DNA of 64,000 bases from positions 5,049,106-5,113,105 of the forward strand of contig NC_068992.1 in assembly GCF_001194135.2 (NCBI RefSeq). Reading direction: 5' to 3'. A program made the position numbers and the translations under genes. The notes under the pieces are model-generated. The model did no database searches and had not been told where the DNA came from. It saw only the letters and a list, made by a program, of their open reading frames with translations. Source of the stretch: Octopus bimaculoides (lineage: Eukaryota). Positions 1 through 13,857 of this stretch are shown here, piece by piece. Every line of letters begins with the position of its first letter. Within the stretch, counting starts at the first letter, position 1.

Positions 1-2210
1 ATTCTCATTCATTCGCAAAAATATTTCTCGGAATTAGTATTCAACCGTTTATCAAAAACTGTATCTTGAAGCAGAAAAGAATTGTATATAAAAGCAAAAG
101 AGGACAAAAATTAAGAATCGGGACTCAGCTATATTAAGGAATCAAATGAAAAACTAATTCGATAATATGGTTCATGCAGTTTCATTTAACAGCTTGTCCC
201 ACCCAATATACAATGTACAGAGTCGTCACTCTAATCTCAAACACAATAAACTTACACACTCCCAAGCAATGACTGACAACATAAACGAAATGATTCAGAT
301 ACAGAATGCTGTGCCACGAATCAAATATTGAAATGCAATAAATGTAGTGCCGGAATTCGGGGTGATAGTATATAGAATGCGATGGCTTTCATGTTTATTC
401 CTCATATGTTCTGACAGATTTGAGCGTTAATATTGGTTACTGCTACTGCGTTTTGTCACAAAAGAGCAACTTCTCATTTGGAAGAAATGTGTGTTCATAA
501 CACACCCAATGCTTTAGCTCAGGATACTCCGGGATATCTGATGTTTCGACATCATTGTTACTTGTCAGTCAGACTAATGAATGTAACAGGAGTTGTGGGC
601 TCACGTTTATGAATTTGGCATTAGAATTAATTACTGATGACTGTTCATATCTGCCAACCGATAATAAATCAGCATATGCATGGTATATACAATACAAATC
701 ATATTACTGTCTAAATGCTAATCTATTTTTTGTTACGGGTAATAAGTAAAAGTTTGCTGCAGTGGATATTTAAATTCAGAACGTCGATATCCGTCCGTAA
801 CTTAAGTTGATATACACTGTAACAAAATGTCAATAATCGTTGGTATTAATTACATCCTTAGTATCCCCACCTACATTATCAGCATCGTTTTTCTCCGCTC
901 CTTCCTTCTACTCTCCTCTAGTTCTCAATATTATCATGATCATCACCATCATTGATACTAAAATTACGAATCTTATTATTAGTAATTGTAATTGTATCCT
1001 TGGAATGCATCAACCTTTTAAAAAAAAGATCTTTCGCAAATGCACTCAAAAAATATATTCCTCCTACAATTTTTTACAGAACTCTCAACTAATGGCACAT
1101 CTTATGGTTAATTGCTCGTCTCGTAAGCAGCTGGTTCTTCGATTCCATAATGTTACATCGAAAAATAGACATAATGGAACGGAATAAGTGCTTTACATAT
1201 ACCTCAGCTTTCAAGTAGTTTCCAAATTCACAAACTGAGTTTAAACTGAATTTTTAACATTTAATTGCAGTCTGACGTGATACAAAATTTTTTTTAAAAA
1301 TTAGTAAATAATGATATATCTAGTTATCCTTTTAAAGAGCTTCCCCGTCGTCATAGAAATTGTCGCAAAAAAGGTTGGATATTCTTATAAAGTTTCCAAA
1401 AATATAACAAATTAATTTTGTAAAGCAGTGAAATATTTTTTCAACGTCTATAATTACTTCTATGTAGAAAAAATTCTTATTGATTTTAAACATATTCACC
1501 AAAAAGAAATTTTAAAGTTTCTCTGTTAAAGGATAAATATATCTTATCATGTGTTACTGGTTTTCTTTTCCTTATATTTCACGAGAATATTTCCTTTATT
1601 TATATTTTAAGATAGTGTAGAATTATTACAAAGTAAACATTGAAATAATATATTGGTTTATTGCAGCTAGGAAGACATTTAGTTACCTAGATTAGGTTTA
1701 TGTTCTTAACCACAGGAAGTAGTAATCCTAATTCCCTTGCCAATTTGTACTTATTTATGAGATAAATTTCACATTTAATAAAGCAATATTCTATCTGTGG
1801 CAGTTACACTAACCATATGCATCTACAAAGTTGCTTGATCGCATACACATGTCAGCCGTGTCTTACAGGAAAGACATGCTAACTGCTGAAAAGAGAAGTA
1901 AATTGATACACTGGATATAGTCATAATTCTCTAACACTTCCAAAGAGACCGCGTCTTATGGTTCATTCCTTAATGGAGAATATATCTTCACAAATACTGT
2001 ATATGAGGTGAATATCTCTTGATTGAATTTCTGTGTCAGAATGCACACAACTATATACACGTGTGTAAATACATCTATATAACTGAGTATCCTACGTGCC
2101 GTCAGATGAGAATCTGAGTCACAAAATAGTGAAACAACCAATATGTGATGTCATTAATCTCTATGAGGTTACCGAGTATTCTCTTTTTCCTACAGTTAAT
2201 ATTAAACGGC

Positions 2211-2243
<33 letters not shown>

Positions 2244-2244
2244 A
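2211..2244. repeat. (CA)n microsatellite
   Basis: Near-perfect CA run read directly. Confidence 0.95.
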
Positions 2245-3545
2245 TAATTTTTACACACCCGCGCATACGCTCATACTCGCACGCATAAAGTCACACTCCC
2301 ACACATATATCATGTGGTATGCGAGATACATACAAAGTTTTTATATTAATAATATGTGTTGGATTCTATTAAATTTAAAGCGTGTACTTCGAATACTCGC
2401 AAAGTTTTTCTTTATTTGTATTTTAAAATAACGATCTATTTCTTACGTGAATAAATCGTATAAAAGCTGAAGTAAGATTTAGTTTTCTTAATAATAAATC
2501 TGATCCATATATTCTTCTTTGCATCACAGTTAAAATAAATTTGTTCGGCGCTTCTCTTTATTTTCTAAAAGATTCGACATTACGGCAAGTTACGAGGAGC
2601 AAATTAATCTTTTCTCACGTTCCCACAAACAAATGTACATTCAACAAGACGTGTTTCTTTAATGAATTCTTGTATATAGTATTACCTACTATCTTAAAAA
2701 AAGTCGAAACATCAGAGTTCCGGAAAGTTTTATATTTAAAACAAAGGACAGCAATGCACCAATTGGTTTCACATACTCCATATAAAAAAATAAGTATTTC
2801 GACAAAATTATCGCACGTTGAATATTCGACAATATGACATAGAAACAAATTGTTATTGGTCACGAAAATCATATATTTTCCGACCATTTCGTCCGTTTCT
2901 TAAGGGTAGTTGATTCAATGTTGTACATTTGTGTCGGGAACGTACCATACAAGTAATCAATTGCTAGTTTCATGAAATTTCAATACAATCAGTGATTCTT
3001 AAAGGAAATAACTGTATTTCATTATCGTAGCAAATAAGCATCTAAATTTTAATTTTAAAATAGTTTGTACTTGAAACCTCAACCATTTGAGAAGAGTATT
3101 CCTGCTAGTATTCAAGTACCAAGTGTTTTATATTCAAATGCCATGTCATCTAATACGTCATTATCAGTGTATTAGTATTCTTATCGGTTACTCGAATAGT
3201 TGTATTTGTAAAATTGGGGTCATTTCAATGCCACGTAATTTCGCAGAGGTCACATGGAGTATAACAACTGCAATACTGCCATGGTGATACCTTAGACATT
3301 TCCGGAAGTAGTGTTAAACATAAAGCGCAACGGCTTTGTTCAATAAGCGGCATATACCGAACTCTCAAGCAATATAGATCTTCACCAATTTCAATATCCT
3401 ATTATAAAGGATGCAAGTATGATCAAATGATATAAACCAGAAGTGTTTCTGTATATGTGTATTCATGTGTGTGTCTGTGTGCGTGTGTGTCTGTGCGTGT
3501 GTCTGTGCGCGCGGGCATTTCTGTGTATGTACAATAATTTTATCA

Positions 3546-3695
3546 TTTACTAATTCTCTTCGTTTGGCCGCAGCTATGCTCGACAATGATATTACAGAGC
3601 TTAGTCGGACAAATCGACACCAGTCATATAAAAAACAATATCTGCTACTTGTTCTATCGATCAGACTTGCCTGACTTCTCAGTAATGGAGACATG
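3546..3695 (-). mobile_element. Degenerate 3' half of SINE family A
   Basis: gcagctatgct...tagtcggacaaatcgacaccag...tacttgttctatcgatc aligns by eye with the copies at 4820-5020 and 36840-37035. Confidence 0.6.
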
Positions 3696-3766
3696 GAAAT
3701 TTTTACATTAGCTGTAAAGTTGTATTGGAAACCAAACTAAAAACATAAAAAGCATATGTAGACATG

Positions 3767-3835
<69 letters not shown>

Positions 3836-3836
3836 A
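3767..3836. repeat. (CTAT)n microsatellite ending at an assembly gap
   Basis: Perfect tetranucleotide run followed by 10 N. Confidence 0.95.
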
Positions 3837-4753
3837 NNNNNNNNNNTATATATATATATATATCGTTGCAATTTACAGAAAAAAACAAAAGACGAATACA
3901 CGAGCATGAAATAGAAGGAGGTGTATTAGATTTTGACACTCGGGAAACTGAGAAAATCATTTACGTTTCGAGCCGACGCTCTTCAACAGAAGGGAATAAG
4001 AGAAAATAAACACAGAGAGAATGCAAAAAACGTGTATGTATGTATGTATATATGTATGCATGCATGTGTTTATATAAGTTTGTATATATGAATGCATGCC
4101 CATACAGTGTTATGTTTAATATCTATATTTGATTATACATAATAATTTCTGTCTCCAGAGATTTTGTAGATAGGATAAATTTAATTAAAAGTGAGTACCC
4201 GTCCACGTGTCTGATTGCATGTGCCAATGGTGATATTACAGCTGATTGTTTAATCAAATAATTTCAGAAATGTCTGAAATTGCATTACTTATTCAAACAT
4301 ATAGTCATGATTTATGAGAATACTAAGCGTGCATCTTTAAATGAATTGTAACTGAATTATGTTCTGAATTTTGATAGAATTAAAGTTTTCTCTGCAAATG
4401 TTCTTCTTCAAGAGAAATTTATAAACTTATATAAAAATATTTTCAAAACATAACTCGGCAAATTCGTGTATGTTATAGAAAACAGAATTATCTACGACTA
4501 CATAGGGCGTAAGGGCTTTGCCTACATGAATGTACATATTTTAAATACGGTAACACTTATACTTACAGAACACGATATAAGTTATAAACTTTCTTCAAAG
4601 AAAAGTCGAATTACTATATTTTTTTATTAATATGGGACCGATGATTAAATCGAAATTCATTGCATTCTGTCTTTGCTGAAATACGATCAGTCGAACATAC
4701 ATATTCCACCGATAAACACGAAAAGTACTGTTCCCTTTCAGGAATATGGACAA

Positions 4754-4787
<34 letters not shown>

Positions 4788-4819
4788 ATACGCGCGCACA
4801 AACACATACAAAATACGCA

Positions 4820-5044
4820 TTCTTTTCTTTTATTCATTTGACGGCGGTCATGCGGGAGCACCACCTTTAGTCGAGCAAATCGCCCCAGGACGTATTCTTT
4901 TTAAGCCTAGTGCTTATTATATCGTAATCTTTTGCCAAACCACCAAGTTACGGGGACGAAAACGCACCAACATCGGTTGTGAAGCGATGTTGGGGGGACA
5001 AATACAGACACAAAAAGATACACACACACACACACACACACACA
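4820..5044 (-). mobile_element. SINE family A, 3' half plus its internal (TG)n
   Basis: catttgacggcggtcatgcgggagcaccacctttagtcgagcaaatcg...ttacggggacg...ggggggacaaatacagacac then (CA)n. It is the reverse complement of 11465-11588 and matches 27541-27610 and 36840-37035. Confidence 0.85.
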
Positions 5045-6229
5045 NNNNNNNNNNNNNNNNNNNNNNNNNNNNNNNNNNNNNNNNNNNNNNNNNNNATATA
5101 TATATATATATATATATACGAAAATGCATGGGTGTTTTAGAACAAATAAAATTCCCCTATTGTGGAATTTTATTTGTATGGTTCTTTAATTTGTAAGATC
5201 ATTTTTGCTGATTTATGAAAAGAGCAAGCCCTTTTCTCTGATAAATAATCTGTACGTTTCTTAACAACTTTGGATATTAAATATGTTTTATAAGTAATCA
5301 GTAAAGGTATCCGCAGCCAGCTCCTGGAACTTTAAGATATATATCGCATCTGTGAAATGGCAAATGCAATAGTTAACAGCACGATATTATAGGAAGTAAT
5401 GCATTACCAAACAAACAAATTATGTCGATTACACTTTGTAATAGCATTTTGAAAACAGAACATAAGCAGGAAATCAATGCTTGATAAGCATGCACAGTTT
5501 AACGAATCAGTTTTCCCTTTTCGTATTGTCCATCGTGAGCAGTTCTGCTTTGCTTTCTTTACTCATTAAGAAGAAACAGAATTTTGTAATCCACAGTTCT
5601 GAGTGAATCTCAAGGTGAAAATCCCCCCCAAGCTATATTGAACGTTCTGTAGCTTGTGCTTTCGAAGGAATGTATAATATATTTTTCATATATTCATGAG
5701 ACTTTTCTGTTGCTGTCAAAATGTTTCACAAACTCATTGAATGCTACATGGGCATGTTTTTTTCTAAACTGGATTGTGTAAATAAATCCATCACTCATAT
5801 TTCCTGAGAAAGAGAAGGACATAAACCTAGTAGACGTTTGAAATATTTACCCGCTTTAATTGTTACATCAATCCTTGTTACATCAAACCTTGCTTGTTCA
5901 AAATTATTAAATGAAACCTTGTTTGATATCAAATGTAATTTCGTATTCCGGTTTACTTGGCGGGTGTACACGATATTTTGTTTTCCTACAACGGTGAAGA
6001 TGATCAGGAATATGTATGAGAGCATGCGTGTGCGTTCATAAGCGTGTGCGTGTGTCCGTGTCAGTGTATCGGTATATGTGTCTGTGTATCAGTGTATATG
6101 TCTGTGTGTGTGCGTGTGTATGCATGAGCGTATATTTAAGTGATCGCATATGTCCATTTGAATACATACGGTTTTGCGTGTAATTGTGTGTATCGATCAA
6201 TATATACATAAATGTGCATCTCATAGTGT

Positions 6230-6470
6230 GTGGGATAATGGATAGTGATGAATCGGATCTTGGCGTATCTTCTGGTAATCATTTCGCTGAAATTAAAACC
6301 CATAACCCGATTTTGACTTCATTATTACATAATAGAAATCGATAAATTATGTACCATACAAAGTGCTGGGTTTAATAAAATCGATTAAACTATCTCGACA
6401 GTGGTGCCAGAAATTTGCCGCATTTCAGATACTGAATGCAGCCGAAGAGTAAATGAATAAAAGAACACCG
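6230..6470 (+). mobile_element. Highly degenerate SINE copy (central domain and tail)
   Basis: tcgataaattatgtacca...ctgggtttaataaaatcgatt resembles gataaaataagtaccggtt...ctgggtcaatgtaatcgactt at 42745-42791. Confidence 0.4.
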
Positions 6471-7138
6471 TGTAAAACATGTATTACTAGGGATTTGTAC
6501 AGACAAATTTATCCATTCTACCGATAAATTTATCTCCCATATAATATTCGGATTTCTATTTCACATACGATTTTGACATTTTATTAAATTTAAATAGGTT
6601 AATAGAATCAACTTGCATTGATTAGTGCTTCGCAATGTTAATATAATGTAGATATCGAAATCCCACTAGAGCACTTGCAGAATGATTTAAAGAATATCAA
6701 TTACCAAAGGGAGGGGGATAGTTCCACGTTTTATACATCACATTTTGTTGTTGTTGCTTTCATACATCAACTTGTCGGTCACAATATTGTTTTGTTTTCA
6801 TTCACTTACATTTTTTATTATAATGAGGAAAACGTTGTGGGAGTCTAATAAAAGCGTTACTCCGTCGAGCAGAATTTCTTGCAGTACGCGTATCAAATTC
6901 CACTGATGTTCACCTCTCTTTGCCGTAATTTCGTGTCAATAAATCAAAGGACTGAAGTGACGAGCACTCTAATAAATGAGTTGACTTTCTACGTTTATTC
7001 CGTACATATAAAAAGGTTCAAATCTAAAGTAAAAAGACATTTCTTCTTGAGGTATTTCATTGTCTGTTTGGACTGTTTACTTTTCATTATAAGTTTCAAT
7101 AAAATAAAACATAAAATGTTTTGAATGGCGCAACAATG

Positions 7139-7644
7139 CACTGTCACTATTCTCTTCGAAAGATGACTGTCTTCGTACTTTTTCAACAAATCGCAAATGG
7201 GAATCCTTTGGTCCAGGTGAGCTATATTTGATGCATATGTTTCCAACATCCGATTTCGATATTTGCAGAAAGTCTTCGATTATCATGGTAGAAGAATGGG
7301 ATTTGTATCTACTAACTCCTTCATTTTTTCGCAGTTAAACTTCAATGGGAGGCATATGCAAGAACTTAAAAGTTTTCCAAACGAAATTTTGAAAACCATT
7401 TCCGCCACATTCCGGCGTTCGTGCCTGTTTGGTTTGAAATAAAATCGAACGATGTATTTATGTCGTTCACTTTTGGACTCCGTTTACATGCGATCCCAAG
7501 CACAGAGAATATAGCCTAACTCGTCCTGATCAAACAATTATGAAGTATCAAATACCTAACGAATGCTCATGCGCAAGAGACAGACTAAAGTAAGTTACTT
7601 ATAAAATGCTTATAAACGAACGAACGTTTTGTACAAACCAACTC
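7139..7644 (-). mobile_element. Mariner transposon 5' half (TIR, 5' UTR, N-terminal transposase), frameshifted
   Basis: Minus strand gives RKWFSKFRLENF...KFNCEKMKELVDTNP and AHLDQRIPICDLLKKYEDSHLSKRIVT, matching the mariner region preceding TGDEKW. TIR-like gttggtttgtacaaaacgttcgttcgttt at 7614-7642. Confidence 0.75.
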
Positions 7645-8139
7645 CTATTTTTGCTATCATATCCTAAACAACCAAAGATTGATGTATTGTACACGTTGGT
7701 TACCTATATCCGGAATACGCTTATTTAAACGCATTTTATGCACATCTGTTTTGTGCCTCATGACTGTCAATATCCACATACGAAGCACACGCGGTTGTTC
7801 TATTCTACTTCATGTATTATTATTAGTCGACTTGTTAACTATTTACTAGTGAAGTAATTAACCAATTAACCGATTAAATATCTGATTGCTTGATTAATTG
7901 TGCTCTCATTAATTCAGACAGCTAGATAGACACAGTCCTTCCGCCAATATTCAGCAATCCATTAATTAGATGCTTTCACTGCTCCAGGTCTCTCGGCTGC
8001 TTGATAAGCGTAAGTTGATTATTACATGGTCAAATAGATACCACTAAGATATTTTTTTTTTATATTTTCAACCCATACGCTTTATGTGTATTACATTAAG
8101 AATAATAACAATTTCGTAAATATTACTGTCTTATAACGT

Positions 8140-8463
8140 CGAAAAGGTACCCAAAAGTTACCGGAAAAGTTCCCTGTGAGACAAACCCGTTTTAGTTCAG
8201 GCTTCCACCGTTAGAAACCACGTGGCGCCTCTTTGTTTTGCAGAGGTGCTACTGAATATGCAGATGAAGAGCAAAACAACGTAGGCGTTAAAAGGTGTCA
8301 CTTCGCAAGAGTTCAAGCATTGTTTCGAACTCTGAAATACGTGTCCAGAATGATGCCTTGCTTCAAATGGAGAATAATTTCAAAGCGATAAATGTGTAAA
8401 CATGTAAATCTAAGTGAATAAAATAATATTGCAAAACATCGGTTTCTTTTGGGTTCCCCCGCG
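8140..8463 (+). mobile_element. Mariner-derived MITE (internal deletion derivative with both TIRs)
   Basis: Left end cgaaaaggtacccaaaagttaccgg and right end (reverse complement) cgcgggggaacccaaaagaaaccga share the acccaaaag..accg core; right end is followed by TA. Interior encodes ALKGVTSQEFKHCFEL...CLASNGE*FQSD, like a mariner transposase C-terminus. Confidence 0.7.
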
Positions 8464-9279
8464 TATAACAATTAATTGGATGTTACCAATCGACTCTTGC
8501 GATACTACGTCAATAGGATTTTTGTACATCTTTAATACAATTCTGGTTATTATTCCAAAATATAACATTTTGAATGGATTTCCAAATCTCATTTTATCAC
8601 GAAAACATTTTGAAGTATCACGAGGCGTAATATTTGCCTTAGAGATATATTACTATAATTTCATTTTATACGAAAATCCATGCTTAGGTCAGTATCAAAT
8701 ATTGTAAACAATCAAATTGGATTTCAACATGCTCTCTTAAGAATTCGTTACACGAAGGCTAAAAATACTAATAACGCATTCAAATGAACAATAGCAATGA
8801 AATTAAAAATTTAATAACATATATGGTATTGAATTAAAATATATGTTGTTTTATATATTTCGCTATATCTAATATTGGAAACGTTCTGGTTCACAGCATC
8901 TCTAAGGTATTTATTCTAGTGTGCTATCATTTTATCAAATATATATATATTCAGACAGCGCAATATATATATGTTATACTAACACTGTTCATAAATAATT
9001 ATCGGGAAAAGTGTTGTATATTAGTGATAACTATATTTTAATTCCTTCATATAATCATTTGATGGACTTTTATTGCAGGTCCAAGAAGTGCATATCGAAA
9101 TCTGAGCCAGGCGATCTGTAGAGTATACTGCGTCCAAATTGGAATACATAAATTCCTCTATATTACATAAAAATAAACGAACTTGTACATATATTTAACA
9201 AAGATCAATGCAGGATTTATAACTGAACTCACAAATATAGGCATATACTCACACGACTATAGATATATTTCATTGAATG

Positions 9280-9520
9280 TATACCCCTACACACAGCACA
9301 CCCACACAACATACCCACACAGCACATATGCATGTATATATACATACATATATAAATATATATACATATGTATATACATAAACATATCCAAATATACATA
9401 GGGAGAGTGATACACACATGTGTATATGTACATATATATATTAACATATGCATATACATATATATGCACATGTATTTATATGCATATATATACAAATATA
9501 TATACATACATATATTTATT
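9280..9520. repeat. Imperfect (CA)/(TA) low-complexity tract
   Basis: Alternating purine-pyrimidine degenerate repeat read directly. Confidence 0.85.
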
Positions 9521-10369
9521 TTAACATAACTTGAATCCAGATTACGGAGGCGGAAAATGTTGAAATTTATGATCTAGCATGTTGCTTAATTATAAATAAA
9601 ATTATCATTGAGAAATAAGACGCTCTACTCCGATTGTAATAATAAAAACGGAGAAGTTTATACAAAAGTCAACCAATAAAGTTTTCTTATATATCGAAAG
9701 TTACCTTCGCTTGCATTGAACATAAAACAATAACCTAGCGCAGTTGGTATCTTTCTCAAATTTGAAAGCTGTTACATTTTTTTAAATAGATAATTATTGG
9801 AAAATAGAGTCTGCGGAAACAAGCATTTTACCATTTAATTGGTGATCCATTTTGTTCCTTAGTTATTTTCAATAAAAATTTGGCCACTGAAGCACAATAG
9901 CTTTAATTATTTTCTGTAGCCTAGAATACAGGAAAGGTCTTTGAAGATTCGCACAAAAAGGTTCGTTTATTAACATCTTGGTCGAAGGTAATTTTATTCC
10001 CGTATTGGATAGTTAAAGGCAGGCAGCCTATTTTATGCATGAAAGGTATCATAAGTATCTCTCTAGGAATCTGTATACACATACCCGCGCGCGCGAGCAT
10101 ATGAATGTATGTTTGTATGTATGAGTCTGAGTGTTAAATGTGCTATACGTACGTGTATATATGAAAATTACATATAACTATTAAGTATAGGCATAAAGAT
10201 ATATATCTATATTTATACGTGTACAACATACGACTGTGTGTGTGCGCATGCGCGAGTGTTTATATACATATATATGCATGCATATTGCGTCTAAATATGC
10301 GTACATACATGTACATATTTAATTTGTTACATATATGCGCATTCATATGTGAATTCATAAATACGTGTA

Positions 10370-10408
10370 CATATATGTGTGTGTGTGTGCGTATATATAA
10401 ATGCACAA

Positions 10409-10465
<57 letters not shown>

Positions 10466-10475
10466 NNNNNNNNNN

Positions 10476-10538
<63 letters not shown>

Positions 10539-10625
10539 GAGCACACACACACACATACACACACACACGCACGCACACATATGCATATAAGGAATCATAC
10601 AGACAATCATGCACACACACATATA
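10370..10625. repeat. Compound (TG)/(CA)/(TA) microsatellite spanning a 10-N gap
   Basis: Read directly. Confidence 0.9.
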
Positions 10626-11464
10626 TATTCTCCAAGTCATTTGATACCAAAATGAACATTTATTTCTGTCGAGTTTACTAATGGAACCTCAACCGAAGTT
10701 CTAAATACACAATAACTATTTCCAGTTAGATTCATTAAATTAGACATGCTTGCAATTGGAATACATGTTCGAGAGAAAGCGTTATTCAGTAAATACACAC
10801 CGTAAATGCTATAGTATTATTAAGATATTTAAATCAATTGTGGCATGTTCGCAATGCATTTGATATTTAACTTAAGTTCCTTTAAAGCTGTAAAACAATT
10901 TTCCTATAGATATATTAGTTAATTGAATATTTGATTATCTTAAATCGGCATTTCCAGAAATTGTCATTATGATGTTATTGCAGATATCTCGCTGTTGTAG
11001 AATATTTAGTTTTACATCTTTAATAACGGTATGAATAATTTCCGCACCTTGCATTCGATAGTTGCACGTTATCCAGTCACTGGTAACGTTTGTATGTAAC
11101 AGTTTCACATGAAATATGCCTTCCCTGAAACGTCGTTATATAATATCATTCTACAATAGTACATGTGCAATATTTAGAATTCGATATTATTAAATAAAAA
11201 CATTGGGAACTGAGAAAATAAAAGCCTTTAATTTATAAGCATTAGGTATAGAATTCATATTTTTGTAACAATATTCAATGTTGGGCGGTTTGAATGTTAC
11301 TTTCTGATCTATGAGCAAGTTTTACACACGCGTTATTTGAGGGCATGTTGCTACTCCGAAATCTTCTGCTCTACGCTGTCTGACGAGGAGCATTGCCCGA
11401 AACGTTAAAATCTCACTTTTGTACCAAACTTTACTGAAAGTAAAGCTAACACATTCCATATGTT

Positions 11465-11588
11465 TTAGCGGTTCGGCAAAAGAGACCGATACAATAAGTA
11501 CTAGGCTTACAAAGAATAAGTCCTGGTGTTGATTTGTTCGATAAAAGGCGTAGTTAAATGACTAAAACAAGTAAAAGAATAAAAGAAT
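11465..11588 (+). mobile_element. SINE family A 3' end with tail
   Basis: tagcggttcggcaaaagagaccgatacaataagtactaggcttacaaagaataagtcctgg...aaacaagtaaaagaataaaagaata; reverse complement of the 4820-4960 copy. Confidence 0.85.
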
Positions 11589-11638
11589 ACATACATTCAC
11601 ACACAAACACACATATATATACATATGTATACATGCAT

Positions 11639-11671
<33 letters not shown>

Positions 11672-11893
11672 NNNNNNNNNNNNNNNNNNNNNNNNNNNNN
11701 NNNNNNNNNNNNNNNNNNNNNNNNNNNNNNNNNNNNNNNNNNNNNNNNNNNNNNNNNNNNNNNNNNNNNNNNNNNNNNNNNNNNNNNNNNNNNNNNNNNN
11801 NNNNNNNNNNNNNNNNNNNNNNNNNNNNNNNNNNNNNNNNNNNNNNNNNNNNNNNNNNNNNNNNNNNNNNNNNNNNNNNNNNTATATATGCAT

Positions 11894-12683
11894 ATAAAGA
11901 TCTCCTAGACTGTATCCCACATTTGGACGTAGGCAAAAAGAACAAAATAATGGAAACCACACGTCTCAGATGTGCGTTTCGAGATTAAAGTAAAGTTATA
12001 TTTACTTACTTATTCCGCAACTTCGGTGCAGCATTTAATAATATAAATTTGAGAGTGTTAGGATTAAATATGTATGCGATCAAGCGCCATCCCATAACCG
12101 ATATTCAACCACACTCCCCAAAATATACAGCCGAATGTGAACACAAATTTATCGTCAGTACCTGTAAATCAGTTCGTGACAAAGCAATTCGCTGACCCTT
12201 TGATTATAATCATGTATATAATTATAGAATATTTCTTTAATTTTACCTAAAAATATTATTTCAGCGGACTGACTACTTGGTAAAATTATTAATTGTTAAT
12301 TAATTGATTAATTAATTCATTTTAGCCTTTTATTATTATTGAGATTATAATTTACTACCTGATCGAAAACTGCTGTTTCTGCGGGATTACTTGTAATACA
12401 AACGTGGCTATTGAGGATAAAAATGTGTTCACATTCGGCTGTATATTTTTGGGAGTGTGGTTGAATATCGGTTATGCGATGACCCTTGATCGCGTACATA
12501 TTTAATCCATACGCTCTCAAATTTATATTATGAAATGCTGCATTGAAGATGAGAAATAAGTAAGTAAATATAACTTTACTTTAATCTAGAAACGCGCATG
12601 TAGCTAATCTGAGTCGTGTGGATTCATTATTTTGTTCTTTTTGCCTACATAAAAAAGTATGTTAGAGTCCAGGCCATCTTTAT
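11894..12683. repeat. Long inverted repeat: ~260-bp arms (11894-12153 and 12416-12683) with ~260-bp spacer
   Basis: Hand alignment of 11971-12153 with the reverse complement of the right arm gives 18 mismatches in 183 ungapped bases (~90%). Outer parts are more diverged but recognisable (gtaggcaaaaagaacaaaataatg). Confidence 0.95.
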
Positions 12684-12899
12684 GGTAGTACAAAAGGCAT
12701 TTAGCTCATATTTCTAAATCAGTGCTTGGCGAAGCAATTAGCTGACCCCTGTTTATAATAATAATGTTATAATTATAGAATATCTGTATAATGTGACATA
12801 AAAGGTTTTTTTAACGGACCGACTGCTTGGTAAAAGTATTAATTATTAATGAATTACCTGATTAATTAATTAATTTTAAGCTTTTATTATTATTATTAT
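12165..12899. repeat. Diverged direct repeat: 12165-12340 and 12715-12899
   Basis: taaatcag...aagcaatt.gctgaccc...ataattatagaatat...cggac.gact.cttggtaaaa.tattaatt.ttaat...ttttattattatt occurs twice in the same orientation. Confidence 0.9.
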
Positions 12900-13857
12900 N
12901 NNNNNNNNNTATATATATATATATATATATATATACATGCATGTACACACACACGCATTACCATATAAGTGTAGATAATATTAATATAAAAACGTGTATC
13001 TGGCTGTGAGCCTGAGGTGTTCTGTGTATTGCTTATACTTAAATACAATATATTGATTCTATACCCATTTTTATGATGTACTTGAAGTAAATGAAGCGGA
13101 AAATTTTATTTTCCCATTTCTCAGAGTAACAATCAATAGTTACTGAAATGCCCTTAAAGACAATAGAACAATTTTTTTTATAATTACACTCAATATTAAT
13201 TCCTTCAGTCTAAATTTTAAGGCCCATTCATATGGCGATCCAATGACACGACTGTGTAATATTCTTTTATTACATAACGAAGTTATTGATATTTTTATTT
13301 GGCTGTGTGTGTAAGCCCAAAATAGCAATAAGTTTCAGTCTAAAATGAATCATTCTGTCACATATTTATCTTCAAAGCACATTAAATTAAATTATCAGAA
13401 TACATTGATATCCTGTTTTGAGTATATGTTATCTCTCCAGACGTCTCCATCAGAAAGACAATTTAATTATCCTCGAGGGTATTTCGATTAGATTATTTGT
13501 TAGATGAGACGTCTAGTCATTGTCTAGAAAAGATATGCTCATATGTAAATTGCGTATTATATCTATGATATTATTATTTTAAAAATCGTGTATATCGTTA
13601 TAATAGAATATATCAAAATACATGTTATATTGGAAGTTATATAATGACGTATATTATGGTAATAGCATTCCAATACTTTTACGGAGACCGACATTTGCCG
13701 CTATTCGAAGTATTATAAATGACAAGGAAGTCATTCAAATATTCAAGTATGTTTTCCAGACAATTATTCGGTAGCCATGATAAAACACCGTGTTTCGGAT
13801 ATCGGGGTGGAAACCCACGCTGCCTTTTCTTCATAAACACACACACACACACACACA

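Noticed and set aside
1867-1885. Small AG/GT-flanked segments (here on the minus strand, also 33319-33333 plus and 62919-62938 minus)
   Set aside because: Donors are weaker and such motifs are common in AT-rich DNA; no independent support.
7077-7286. Protein-looking minus-strand ORF (MIIEDFLQISKSD...)
   Set aside because: It is an alternative frame over the mariner remnant; the neighbouring frame carries the transposase similarity.
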